Both the position numbers and the translations under genes were made by a program. A stretch of 63,908 bases of DNA, filler included, from Octopus bimaculoides (Eukaryota): NCBI RefSeq assembly GCF_001194135.2. It is 7 parts of 7 records of this genome, joined end to end, with 100 filler letters (N's around TTAATTAATTAA, not from the genome) between each part and the next. Parts side by side here need not be neighbours in the genome. Positions count along the whole stretch, not along the records: positions 36,273 to 54,766 come from NC_068984.1; positions 54,867 to 61,809 come from NC_068988.1; positions 61,910 to 63,908 come from NC_069002.1; 4 more parts are not named here. The stretch is one strand, 5' to 3'. The notes beneath the pieces were generated by a model, which was not told the origin of the DNA, did no database searches, and saw nothing but the letters and a program-made list of their open reading frames with translations. This document shows positions 50,716 to 63,908 of the stretch, one piece after another. Numbering within the stretch: the first letter of the stretch is position 1; every line of letters begins with the position of its first letter.

Positions 50716-51479
50716 GCGAGGTCGTGTGTAGCGTTGCACTTGTATTTCCTTGATATGATTTCATGTTCAGTGAAACTAAGCTATCCCTATTATAACTAAC
50801 AAGATCTTCCCATTCTCAGTTAAACAATAGAAAGGACTCGTCTAGCAAGTTGGACAATCTAAACAAACCTAACAATGTAAGAAAAGGGATCTGCTTTATT
50901 GCACAAAGGCACTGACATAGAGAAGTAATGTCTATGAGAGCAATAACACTGAGTAAAATTTGTAAAGTGTTCAGTGAAGACTTTAGTCCTGGCACACAAT
51001 CTCTCAGAATGAATGTACTGTGTTCGTGCTGAAAAGTAGGAAAGATGTCCACTCATAAAATGATACAAGACAAAAATGATATCCAAAACAAGAACATATG
51101 CTAAAAGCTATGACAACAATTACCTCATTAACTGTACTGGGGTAGCTACAAGTGAGCACCCCCACCCCACCATCACCACCACCAACTGCCATTAAGCAAT
51201 CTTGCCAACTTTCCTTTCAGATGCAAATGAGCACTAAACAATCTACTCATAGATATCACTATTAAAAATACTTACCTTCTTATCAGGTGCAAAACCATGA
51301 CATGATAAAAAGTAGATTGTCTGGAAAGAGAAGTTGGAACAAAGGCAAACAGATGTATAGTGCAAGATTGGGGTACACCCAAATCAGACTTCTCACAGGC
51401 AAGAAACACAAGATCTCTGACAGGTGAGAGCAAATGGCCCATTCTATGAAATTCTCTTACAGATTGCCTCTTTAATATC

Positions 51480-53760
51480 AACAGTAACCTTGATCATGTT
51501 GGGCAACTATATGCAAAGACTACGGTTATAATATAAGTAATAAAAAGGCTCATATAGGTCTTTGATACAAATGACCCAACTATTTGCAACACAAGTTATA
51601 AAAAGCTGGTCTATCACTTACTACTCAGGAAAACATACAGGAAATGAATTGAACAACTTTCCCAGGTGAAGAATTGTGCTATTCAGTGTAGTCCATCTAG
51701 CTTCTGTGATAAACATTAGATAGATTAAGAGACACAAGACAATCTGGAGAAGGAGAATATTGATGTACCCCACTCCACCCTTAACATACATATGTTTTAA
51801 AGAAGTTATGTGCAACTCCTAAGATGAGAAACATAAAAGACAACTGGAAGATTTTTGAAGGACAACTTGCTGAAAGCTTCAGGCTAGATTTGTAGAGTAT
51901 AGCTCAAAAGAAAAATTACACATGGTGATGGTGGAAGTACAATAAATGAAACCACAGAAGCCAAGAGGAAGCCTTGAAAGAATGAAAGAAAAGGGCAACC
52001 AGGAATGATATTGGACAGGTAGAAGAGAAGCTATATGAAAAGTATACTTCGCATAGAAAGGAGCTGAAAGCAAGAAGCTGGCATTATGCTGTGCTACAAG
52101 GATCAGAGATATGAGGGATGTGGATTGTGAAGTGCTGCGTCAGTGTAAATCAGAAACCATTAGTATAAAGTGCATACATAATGAGAGTGGTATACTCTCC
52201 TTCAGTAATTCAAAGAAAGAGGCACAGAAATTCTACAATGAGAAGCTGCTAAACAAGAAAGATGCATGGGGGAGACAGGTACTACATGATGCAGGCCTAA
52301 GAGATTGCTACTAATTAAAAGCTATACAATTGCAATGGCCATTAATGATACAATGACAAAAGAAGCAGGACAGTCACTAAAATGCTGAAATATGTGGCAA
52401 AGTAAAATGCTTGCAAGTCACTTGCATGGTCAATCAGTTAGTATGGGAAAGTACTATCTCCACTGATTGGTGTAGAAATACCATCATTTTCCGCAAGGAT
52501 AAAAGAGGTGCTCTATAAAGAGCAACTAGATGGACTAAATTATAAAAGTGACAAAGAATTGTAGCACAGCTAATCAAACAGAATCAACTTACATGCCTTC
52601 AAAGTGTGACAATTACAGAAGTTCTAAGAGCCAACCACTATACCTAACATGTTGACCTAGTGAAGACTTGTGACAAAGTACCATGCTCTGTAGTTTAGTC
52701 ATTGCTAAGAAACTCTGAGGTAGAGGAATGGTATATGAAAGCTCCATAAAGCATTTACAGAGATGCTGTCAGCAAAGTGAGAATTAGCAACAAACTCAGT
52801 TACAAATTTAGTATACAGGTAGATGTCCATCAGGTCTTCCCCACTTCTGCTTACTATAATTCTCTAGGTGTTCTAAACTGGTTGCCCATCGGATACATGA
52901 TACTGACAACATAGTTATCATAGGCCAAATCACTTAAAGAATTAGAGGAAAAGCTCTGAAAGTGGAAGCAGAGCATAGTAAATCTATCAAAGATAAAAAG
53001 TTTTTGCAAGAATGAATACAGAACTTGACATGCAGATAAAGAGGCGTATGAATTCTAATACCCTACTAAATTATGATTGCAGAGAAGATTCAGTCTGGTT
53101 GACAGAGAAAGTAGGGCTTCATATATAGCAAATAATGAACAGGAGTAATTAGTAGTATGATCACTCAAGTGATTAATTTTTTCAAATGCCCAGAATATTC
53201 ATTAAAAATAGTCAACAACTTCTGTTACCTATGTGATATAATCAACTGTAGAAATATTATTACCAAAGAATAGCATCAGAGAAAGAACAAGGTGAAAAAA
53301 GTTCAAAGAGCTAGCTTCTGTTAGTAACGAGGGGATGCTTTCTGTTAGTGAAGAGCACAGCACATTGTACAAACTTGTGTACAAAGTATGATGTTGTGTG
53401 GTGCAAAGGTTGGAAATAAATGAAGCAAGCATGTTCTGCTGCTTGATAACGTTAGCTTAAATGAATGACAGTATAAACAAGCTGAAACAAAAACTAGCTA
53501 TAGTGTGCCAGAGAGACACCTGGGCTGGTATGCTTATGAAGAACAAAATGGAAAGTAATCTAAGCAGTCTAAGTGAAAAGAACATATGAAAGAGGAAGAT
53601 CAAGGAAGACATGGGAAGAAGTGGTAAAGGCTGATCTAAGAATGCTGAACTTTCCAAAGGAGAGGACAAGAAATCATAACTAGTGGGAAAATGCCATGCT
53701 AGAGAATAACTATCCAACACATGCAAGCAGATGTAAAATGACAAACTGAAGTTGTCAGTT
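51480..53760 (+). mobile_element. Old, heavily decayed RTE-clade LINE
   Basis: Remnants colinear with the younger RTE copies: YNEKLLNKKDAW (~52235), DLVKTCDKVP...IYRDAVSKVRISN..VDVHQ (~52655-52830), RSRKTWEEVVKADLR (~53600). Confidence 0.75.
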
Positions 53761-53905
53761 AACATTTTTTTATTTCCTCCTTAAAATTATATAAGTTTGG
53801 TATGGAAATATTAATTCTATTCATCTGCAGTTAGGATTTGCTACTTGGAATATATAAACAATAATCATAATACCAAAATTCATTATGAAAAATTAATGAC
53901 TGCAC

Positions 53906-54290
53906 GGGCATGGCTGTGTGATTGCAAAGGTTCAAACCCACTACATGGCACCTTGGGCAAATGTCTTCTATTCAGTACCTTATGAGATGAACTGGAAGAC
54001 AGAAACTGAACAGAGCCTACTATGTGTGTATGCAGGTGTACAATTCCTGTTTGCATATGTCTTCACATTATCACCATTTGAGCAAAATTGTTGCGATATG
54101 TTAATGTTTCCTGTAGACAAAATGTCCTATAGTTCTGTGGCTTTGTCAGTTTAGATGTGCAAAAACCACTAGAATAAAGATACTTTCCTTGAAAAAATGT
54201 AAGGGTTGGCAAAAGTAAGGGCATTCAACTGTAGAAAATTGCCTTAATAAATTTTCAACCAATTTGCACCAGCATGGAGAAAAGAAAATG
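53906..54290 (+). mobile_element. Decayed family 2 SINE
   Basis: ggcatggctgtgtg...ggttcaaaccca...ggcaccttgggcaaatgtcttcta. Confidence 0.6.
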
Positions 54291-54457
54291 GATATAAAAC
54301 TGATTACAATGCTCATTCATAAATAGCTGTACCTACTTGTCTTAATAATTGAAACATGTTAAATCAACTGCCATAGAAATAAAAAAAATAATAAGGCAGC
54401 AAAAATTGTTATTTATCAAGTTTATGTTCCTTGGAGCTTCTCAGAATTTACATGGAT

Positions 54458-54766
54458 AATTTTCACGGAAACCTGCCAGTCACCTACCACTCCGGCAGAC
54501 ACTCTAGCCAAATCGACTACATCCTCGCCAGAAATAGGGAAAGAGGGCGGCTTATAAATGCCAAAACCTACCCTGGCGAAGAATGTACCCCACAACATAG
54601 ATTAGTAGTTAGCGACTTCGGGATCAAGGCAAAATGGGTGCCCAGAATTAGACCGGCTTGGAGGAGAAGGGTGTGGAAGCTTAAAGATCCTGCAAATGGA
54701 CAGAGACTTAGAGACAAGTTACTTGAAGCATTTGACGAAATAGAAGGGGATATAGCATCATACAAC
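54458..54766 (+). mobile_element. RTE-clade LINE fragment (EN C-terminus)
   Basis: SQIDYILARNRE...GEECTPQHRLVVSDF...RRRVWKLKDP. Paralogous to 36470-36790. Confidence 0.88.
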
Positions 54767-54866
54767 NNNNNNNNNNNNNNNNNNNNNNNNNNNNNNNNNN
54801 NNNNNNNNNNTTAATTAATTAANNNNNNNNNNNNNNNNNNNNNNNNNNNNNNNNNNNNNNNNNNNN
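54767..54866. other. Synthetic scaffold spacer 44N-TTAATTAATTAA-44N
   Basis: Same 100-bp construct as at 20352. Confidence 0.95.
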
Positions 54867-56949
54867 CTATATGGTTAGGTGGATTTATAGAATATAATTG
54901 TTCTCAAAGAATTGAATTAATGAAATATGCCGCGACATTTTTTCTTACTTATAAGAGCAAATGACTGACATCAGGAAACATATTAAAAAATTATAATAAA
55001 ATAATAATGATATGAACAAAAAATTTGGGCGAGGTTAAATAAAACTGATTTCTTTCTCTTAAGATTAAGTCAAAAAAATGTGTAGGATTGGACCTGACTC
55101 AACTTCATACACACCTCAAATTATTACAGTTATTTCTTAAAATCGAACATATACAGAATCTTATTTGAATGGAAGAATATATTTCAAGCAGTTGATGACA
55201 TACAATATACAACATTGTTTACAATGCGTCAAGTATGTACTAAAGCAGTATAAGTATATGATGCGATTCAAAATCGTTGACATTATGTATTTAAATACAC
55301 CCACTGTGTTGATAACAAAACTTTCAATAATCATTGACCTGGAGATGCAGAAAGACAAACTTAAATGCATTTACCCTCTAATATAATAATTCATGTGTAT
55401 TTCGGTACGCTGTGCGATTCTTTATACCGCAAATATTTCTACGTTATACGATAGTTGTGTCAAATCGTCACGAATTTCAGAGGTGTGTTGCAATTATCTC
55501 TGACGCAAAGACAGCCCATTTCCCGATCGTTACATGAGAAACTGTCAATATTTTCTACTCTAACCCTCCCTGGGGCTACAAATTACATGATCAGTGTAAT
55601 ATTTATTTGCTTTGTTGATTTGAAACTTTCACCAGTCTGAACGTATTTAGCCACTTTCATAATTTTGATGACAATAAAGAAGAGCATATCAAATAAAATA
55701 TTATTTTTCAGAACAGGATTTTAAATCCCACAAAAAGAGATGTCGACGGATGTTCCTTGACTTGCCACCCACTAATTCCAAATGATTATTACCTTTAATA
55801 ACCATCTCCATGGTTTAGTCTGTGGACAGATATTTGTATTGAGATACCTTTCCTTATAGTTTTGGAGGTATATTATAGTCGGATGATATGGAGAAATTCC
55901 TTTTTCTGGTCAGGTTTGTGAGCAATATCAGCCAGTGTTTGCGTTTAATGATTTCTCTATTTCCACTGCATTAGCTTTTTCCTTCTTTTTTATTCCTTTC
56001 AATTATTCGTCACCTACAGGAGCTTCTTGTAATAGTGCTTCAGGTCGAAATGGGTTTTTATTGAGGTTGTGAATGTCAGATATCTTGGAGTGTCAAATGA
56101 AATTAGTTGCAGCATAGAATTATACTTTTCTACACAATGTAAGGCGCTACTGCCACAGGCCACCCCTTAGTTTCCCAGTATTTAAAATTTGTGTAATATA
56201 CAGTGGGCCGCCAACTGACATTACTACTATAATTCTGTATAGTAATAACAATAGTAAAAACCTCATTATAACATTATAACAACGGCGTGAGACACACTGT
56301 TCTATCGTTGGCTCTTTGTGAACTTATGTGGAGAAGGAGATATGAAAATAATAATTTATTTTCTAAAATCCTAGAGTGTATTGGAATGTTTCGGTCTTGA
56401 CTTTTTAAACTAATAAATATCTATTTTAAGCAATGTTTTGACTGTTATTTTCAGCAACTCCTGTTGGTTTGGTAGCAGAGCTTAAGTATTTAATTTGCTC
56501 GGGTATCTTTCAATGTTTTTCACTCTTTACTGTTTTTAGTTTAATGGTTTAACATGTCGCTGCCCGCCCCTCTTTCCCGCTACTGTGACAGAAAATAGAA
56601 GAGGCAGTGGATGTGTTGTTTTCTGATTGGCTGAAAATTCTGAAAATTATCAAACTTTGAACACCTGTCAGATTTTTCTGGAATAAATTAACAGATTCGG
56701 ATTCAGAGTCAAAAATTACATTTATATGATATATTAAAATATTTTTTTTAAGATTTCGACATGAGGTGACGATAACAACAAAATTCCCTTCTCCTAAATG
56801 TTCAAGAGCGTCATTTCCGTTATTATCGCTAGAGTTTCTGAGTAAAGATATGTTCCACATAAACTGAGATAAGGTATTCTTCATGTGGGTGCGCTGCTAT
56901 CGTGACATTATCATCATACGCCTATATTTTGTTATCATTGCCTCTCAAA

Positions 56950-56950
56950 A

Positions 56951-56987
<37 letters not shown>

Positions 56988-57030
56988 GTCATCATCATCA
57001 TCATCAATAACATTATCATTATTATCATTG
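56950..57030. repeat. (CAT)n microsatellite
   Basis: Direct reading of the sequence. Confidence 0.9.
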
Positions 57031-57376
57031 ATCAATACATTAGATGATATGAAACTTACTCATTATAATGCATTGTGTTAATTGATATTAAACCATCTAT
57101 TAACGGAAGTGAGGCCTCCAGATAGTAAAAACCGATATATACTCGGTCGGAATTCGTTGAGATTGAAAAGTGCGGTGTCTAAGCCAAGTGAATCATATAG
57201 CTCGGAAGCTAAAAGAATATATTACTTATTAAAGTATCATACGCCTTCCAGATACACCAAATTGATGTACGTGAATACATTTACATTTTTTGTAGATTAA
57301 CGAAAGAATTTGGATGTGTTTATATTTATATATACGGATAACAATCTGCCTTTTAACGAGTAATAATATATGTATG

Positions 57377-57408
<32 letters not shown>

Positions 57409-59086
57409 NNNNNNNNNNNNNNNNNNNNNNNNNNNNNNNNNNNNNNNNNNNNNNNNNNNNNNNNNNNNNNNNTGTGTGTGTGTGTGTGTGTATGTGTGTG
57501 TTCTTGGGGCTTTACTATATGACATCTTACTCGTATGTTCTGCTAATAGATCCGTAATTAGTATCATTTTATGTTTTTTTTCCTTTTTTAGAGGTTTAAG
57601 TGTATTTTATGTGTACATTAATATTTGGGATGGTGAGTTATGTAAATCAAAATACAAAAGAGCATGTTGAAACTTGTATGACATTTATAAAAGTAAAATA
57701 CTTGAAAAGCATGATAAATGGAAACTGCAAATGATAAATGCATATAAAAATGGCAGAGATTTTGTCTGAAGTATGAGTGTACCTAAAGATGGCATAGGGT
57801 ATACTGAAGAATAAATTGAAAAGAATTCGAAAGAAACTGAGTATATATATATATATATATCAGATCCTGTATTGTTGCTTCGACATATATATTAGCGGGA
57901 CTCTTTCAAAGGAAAATATTTGCTTCGAGGGCTGCGACTTGACTAAATACATTTCAAATGCATTTCATGTATAAATTGTGTAATTCTAGAAATTGCATAA
58001 CCTATTGTGCACCGTCATGTCTAATTTTCATGCCCATTCAAGTTACAGGAAACATTGCGTATATGCTAAAGATGATATTTAGTCTTTTTTATATTTATTT
58101 GAACATAAGTGGTAGGGCAACCACGTTCACTTTTAAACTATTAAGCGGATTATATATCCAAAATGATGATATTATTTTCATCTGTATAACAGATGTGTGT
58201 AAAAATCCGTATCTAAGCTAATAAAACAGAATACTGGGTTCGGTTATGTGCATTTATACGTGCAATTTTTTTTCCCATTCAAATGTAAATCACATGCATT
58301 AATTGCTTGGAAGAATGTCGGGTATTGGTAAATGGTGAGAAATCACAGTCGGTTGTGGGCTATTCATGTTTGCTGCTATAATTTCATTTTACATAAATTA
58401 TTTCGCATGCCTTCAAGAGTAGAAATCAAAGTTTTTGCATAAGCTTGAATAATAACCTTTGCAGGGATTGGCATGTTAATAATACGATTCAAGACATCAA
58501 ATTCTTCATAATATTAGAAGACATACAGGTACTGTAATGCTAATGTTTCAGAAGCATAACAATCTAAAGCTGCTTATCATAGGCACTGGGGAGATTGCCC
58601 AAGAGAAAATCATTTACACACTCTTCTAGTTGTAAGAATAATTGACCTTCATTCAGCAAGAGAGTTAAATGCATCACATTTGCATCAGGTCATTTGTCTC
58701 GTGAACTCATTGCCAGTCAGATTGAAGGAAAGGTTTTGGTAACTACAACCAGTTAAATGCTCTTATCTATCGAATTTATTAACTAGAATGTACAATTAAG
58801 GTTGACATAATGTTATAAGGGTTGGATCCATTTGCCAAAACATAAAAGACTTCCATACAAAATGTAAGGTACGAGAATTATCAAAACTAAATTGACCACA
58901 TCAGGACTTCTGGCATGCTTGCACTATTAGAGAGTCATGTCACATAAACTCTCGTTACGATTAGTTCAAATTAATATTGCCTCATCTGAATCCTATGACT
59001 GAACCCGAATAAATATCAGTTGTAGTGATACTTAGATACATGTGGATATGTATGTGTATACGTATATATTTATATACATATATATA

Positions 59087-59145
<59 letters not shown>

Positions 59146-59222
59146 CAGAATAAGATGTTTTGGATGCACTATAATACAAACAATGGACTATAATAACTGC
59201 TGTAATTTAATTATCCATATTC

Positions 59223-59264
59223 AGATATGATATTTCGGAATAAAAATTCCTTCTTCAGCTATCC
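59223..59264 (-). ncRNA. Minimal type-I hammerhead-like motif
   Basis: GGAUAG CUGAAGA A GGAAU-UUUU-AUUCC GAAAU AUC AUAUCU: intact core, perfect 5-bp stem II, palindromic AUAU stem III, AUC triplet, stem I 5/6 pairs. Confidence 0.6.
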
Positions 59265-59820
59265 CCATGAATTGATGGAGTCGGTTTTCCAACAGCTTCC
59301 CTGTTTTATTTTCCGGAATTGTCACAGCAGTGGTTTCACGAAACTCCTTCCGGAATTCCTCGTATGAAATGCGTGAGTTCGCCCTTGTGTCAATGTCGTG
59401 CGTGCTGGTACATCTGTAGCGCTGCTTCTAAGTTGTGTTGTATGTACAGCTTCCTTTTTTTCCTTCCCCTTTTTTCTCTCTTTTTTTTTCTTATAAACAA
59501 TACATGAGCATGTTATCAAAAATGAACCTACACGCATCCAGATGTAACTAAATAATATATTGATTACCAACCTGTTGTTAATTTGGGGTCCTTGTCTGTG
59601 TATGAGTAGAGCTTCGATAATTCTTAAATTACCCAAATTCCTTTCATGTGCTTCAGTTGTGACTGTTATGCTTTTGTCAGTGTTCCAGCATCTGTAAGCG
59701 AACTACAATACTCTCCTATATATATGTTTGTAAGTATATATATATATATATATATTATATGTTTCTTCGTTATATATATGTTCATGGGAAATATTCTATT
59801 TGTGTATTTGTAAGCGTACA

Positions 59821-59857
<37 letters not shown>

Positions 59858-61809
59858 GGACGATCAGTAGCGAAGCTCATCTTTCCTTGGTGAACATTAC
59901 ACATCGAACTTTCTTCTGTATAAGGATTCTACGAACTGATACAACTCACAGCCCAATACAACATTTCAAATTCAAAATTCTGCGGCAAATGTTAGACTTT
60001 AGCAATTACAGCAATACACTAAACATAATTACACATAGGAATATTTAAAACGTTTATTTGCATAATTCTATTTGCTCTAAATGCTCTAGTCCATTGCATA
60101 TTCTGCTTAAAATTATTATGGATCTCGGCACTCTCCTACCATACCACATTGGCTTGAATACAAACGTTTACACAATAATGAAGTTTTAAATTTGTTGTAA
60201 AACGTTACAACTAATGTTTACATTTTATTATTGCCATAAGACGTTAAATTATCAATTCGTCCAATTGTTTATTTGCACAATTTACTTTTCTAATTAAAAT
60301 AAATTTATTGCCATAGAATTTAAATTTACAGATGACTGAACAATTTAATATATTAAAATAAATCTAAATATGAGTTCTGTGTATTATTTTTTTATTCGCT
60401 CTTTCGGTTCGAGTGAAAACTTGCATAATGTAATTACATCAATTCTTTAACATCTAATAAAATAAAACCCATATGTAGGACAGGTCGATATTTTTCACAA
60501 TGTTTAGAACGAGGAGCGTGGTGGAAGCAGCATAGTGAAACAGTTGGATGAAATTCCATGCATTCCTTTGCATATGAATCCGTGTTAAAATCACGTTCTG
60601 TTACTATTTCTCCAGAAACACTAGATGCATTTCAATATCACCCTCTCATTAATTATAAATACTGTCCCTTTCTCTAATCGATGTCCAAGAAAGAGGTGCA
60701 ATCATTAAATTGTTACTTATTTAATTCAGTTCACCTGTCCTTAATGAACTCCCCATGAAAGAAATTACTGACATAGTATTTTGACCTTGACAAATACACT
60801 TGCGCCAATTGTCATTTTACTTATTAAAAACGATAGCTGTGAGACGGTGGCTGTTAGAAATAGGACATTACTCGTGAATCTGTTATCATACAGAGTGCTC
60901 TCCTTTATATTTCCGATTTTCAACCACACCATTTTAGACGAGACCTTTCATTAGTCAGCATATATATTATTACGAATGTTTTATATACTTCTAGAAATAT
61001 TCATCGTTGTTTTAATATCGGTTTAAATATCACATATAGAAATATGGCATATATTTTTATCATCTTGAAATGGTGAAAGGCAAATTTATCATCGCTGGCG
61101 TTTCAAATTTATAAAAATGATGACGGCCTAAAGAAATGGCGCTCAGCTTTTTCTCCGGGACGTTCACGATCCTACCAGTTCAACGGCTTCTATAAGTGTC
61201 GTAATATTAATTTTATCAGAAGCTGGGATTGCATAATCTTCCAATTCAGAAAAAGCTCACTGCGATTCTAATTTTTATTAGAATATAACTTAGACTATAT
61301 ATATAAAATATAGAATCAGAGAAAACAAAAAGACATCTAATAGAAAAAGACACCGATGCATTAAAAACATATGAGTAAAAAGGAAAGAAATAATTGAGAA
61401 ATGAAACTAAATTGTTTCAAATTAATATAGGATATCATTTGCCAAGCTACAAGCAATGCAAAACGATAAAAGTTCTAAGAAAACATTCAGATATTTGCTA
61501 ATAATATAGCCTATACATCTACATGTTTCACTAATAAAGGACAATTGTTATTAAACTAAATATTTCGTATAATATTAGAGAGGAAATTGTTAAAATTATT
61601 TCCCGTGCAAGATTAGGCTATCAGAACAAGACACAGTCATTGCAAAATTTACAAAACTTTCAATATCGTTAAATATCATCGATGTAGGCAATTTCGAGAA
61701 ATCTAATACCCGCACATAAAAGATTCACGGACAAGAACAAGAATTATGTAATATATATACATATACATGTATATGTATACAGCATATATATGCATGCATG
61801 TATATATAT

Positions 61810-61909
61810 NNNNNNNNNNNNNNNNNNNNNNNNNNNNNNNNNNNNNNNNNNNNTTAATTAATTAANNNNNNNNNNNNNNNNNNNNNNNNNNNNNNNNNNN
61901 NNNNNNNNN
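61810..61909. other. Synthetic scaffold spacer 44N-TTAATTAATTAA-44N
   Basis: Same 100-bp construct as at 20352. Confidence 0.95.
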
Positions 61910-62146
61910 GGCACATAAAAGACACCATTTCGAGCGTGGCCGTTTTCGTGCGGGTGACACGTAAAAGCACCCACTACACTCTCTGAGTGGTTGGCGTTAG
62001 GAAGGGCATCCAGCTGTAGAAACTCTGCCAAATCAGACTGGAGCCTGGTGTTGCCATCCGGTTTCACCAGTCCTCAGTCAAATCGTCCAACCCATGCTAG
62101 CATGGAAAGCGGACGTTAAACGATGATGATGATGATGATGATGATG
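61910..62146 (+). mobile_element. RTE LINE 3' UTR end with (GAT)n tail
   Basis: Reverse complement of 44736-44920: aaaagcacccactacactct...ggaagggcatccagctgtagaa...gcggacgttaaacgatgatg. Confidence 0.85.
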
Positions 62147-62192
62147 ACACAAATACAAAAAAACTGCATTCATAACGACATTTATAAGTCCA

Positions 62193-62230
<38 letters not shown>

Positions 62231-62459
62231 TACAAGAAAGTATTCATGTTTCGGTGTGTTTGTAAGAGCGCATATATGTGGGAACCTGCATTTGTATCGC
62301 ATGTGTGTATGCATGGTGCGTGTGCGTGTGCGTGTGCGTGTGCGTGTGATGCCGTGTGTATAAGTATGAAAGACATTTTGACAGAAATAAACTCAAATAT
62401 CGTACTCCCCTCAGGGTATTATTTATAGTTTCGTGTGCTGCATCTTATAGTGATGCAGT

Positions 62460-62500
<41 letters not shown>

Positions 62501-62929
62501 GAGGGTGACTGGGTATGCTTCCCCTCTCACTAATGATGCTGTATAAAACACACACGGCGGACATACTCACGCCTACAAATAAGAACACAAACAAACAGCA
62601 GGTACAAAAACACAAACACAAACACACCTCACTCCCACATAACGTTGACGACTTGGACACAAAGCACGCACACACAAAACACATGATGCTAAAGAGGATA
62701 CATATATATACACATATACACACTCATATATATTAGACGTATATATATATATATTATATATATACATACGTACATATACACACGCACATGTATATATACA
62801 TGCACATATGTATATATCTGCGCGTATGTGTATATATATGTATAGATACATATATATATATATACACACAGATATATACATACACACGTGTATATATATA
62901 TAAAGACTATTTAAATCGATCCATTTGTA

Positions 62930-63791
62930 TATTGAAGTGCGTTCAAAAAGGATCCGACTTTATTTTTTCCCGCCAAAACTAACGCTGTTTTGCACAAAAT
63001 CTTTTGAGTGGACGGTGGTGCAACCCTTCTTTCGCATGTATGGACATTTTCGAGCCGGTACGCCGCGTCAGTCCCCGCCTGGTGGACAGACTCGCGGTGC
63101 GCGCTTGTCGGACTCTCGTTTTTACGAATGATGACCGAACGCATCGAACAGAGATGCTGCATCAAATTTTGTCAAAAGGTCAGTGATATAGAAGCTGAAA
63201 CCATCCAGAAGATCCAGCAGGCCCTCGGCTATGATGCCATGGACAAAACTCAGAGCAGCGAGTAGTTCAACCGCTTGAAACACGGCCGCACCTCAGTGGA
63301 AAACGATACACATTCAGGCAGGCCATCGACGAACCGAAACGAGGAACCGATTGAGAAGGTTTGGCGAATAGTCATGGAAAACCGTCGTGGAACAATCCCG
63401 GAAATTACTTACAAAGTTGGAATAAGCAGAGGATCAGTGCATTTTATTTTAACGGAGGAATTATGCATGCCCAGAGTGTGGAGGAAATTCCTCCCAAAGG
63501 TGCTGGTTGAAGAGCAGAAGCATGGACATCACTCAAGACATGTTAGACTACGCAAACCTCAACCCAGACTTCACTAAGACTGTCATCTCTGGTGATGAAA
63601 CATGGGTTTACGGTCTCGGCTCGATGCGTTCGGTCATCTTACACGAAAACGAAAGTCCAAAGAGCCAGCACTTTCTTCATGCGTACGAAGGAAGAGTGGC
63701 ACCACTTTGCACTCGAACGCTTTTACCCGCTCGGCATTAGTTTCGCGGAAAATAAGAAATAAAGCCGGATAGTTTTTAAACGCACGTCGTA
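62930..63791 (+). mobile_element. Mariner derivative bounded by two 5' ends (long inverted arms)
   Basis: ATG at 63131 begins MTERIEQRCCIKFC...HSGRPST...ISGDETWVYG and then stops abruptly. 63618-63791 is an inverted homolog of 62930-63148. TIR gtgcgtt(c/t)aaaaa..atccg.ctttattt. Confidence 0.85.
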
Positions 63792-63908
63792 CATATATAT
63801 ATATATATCCCCAGAAAGATATAGAATCAAGCTACATGAATACACCTTTCATTATTATACATATCCATAGTTATATGCACTGCCGCTCATTGAGACATAT
63901 ATACATAT

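Noticed and set aside
59220-59400. Minus-strand open frame DIDTRANSRISYEEFRKEF resembling an EF-hand exon
   Set aside because: No Met or polypyrimidine acceptor upstream (purine-rich instead), no donor before the stop, and a poor loop consensus. It is better explained as a repeat terminus with a hammerhead-like motif.

Overview
This is eukaryotic, AT-rich, microsatellite-dense DNA with many N gaps. The repeat landscape looks like an octopod cephalopod genome, but that is recognition from memory and is not verified. I could not support any intact host gene, rRNA, functional tRNA or CRISPR array. The window is a mosaic of degraded mobile elements: R4/Dong-like and HERO/R2-like restriction-like-endonuclease LINEs, several RTE LINEs (one ending in three tandem C2H2 zinc fingers), two Penelope-like elements with GIY-YIG domains, Tc1 and mariner transposons, and at least three tRNA-derived SINE families. 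Six identical 44N-TTAATTAATTAA-44N spacers are synthetic scaffolding linkers, so contiguity across them is uncertain. The main unexplained signal is about nine minimal type-I hammerhead-ribozyme-like motifs (CUGANGA...GAAA..UH, with complementary helices) from roughly five unrelated repeat families. They include a tRNA-headed SINE-like element arranged as a head-to-head palindrome, and a ~780-bp foldback element with an outward-pointing hammerhead-like motif in each arm. I infer these are non-autonomous, ribozyme-bearing elements probably mobilised by Penelope-like retroelements. No ribozyme activity is shown by the sequence alone.
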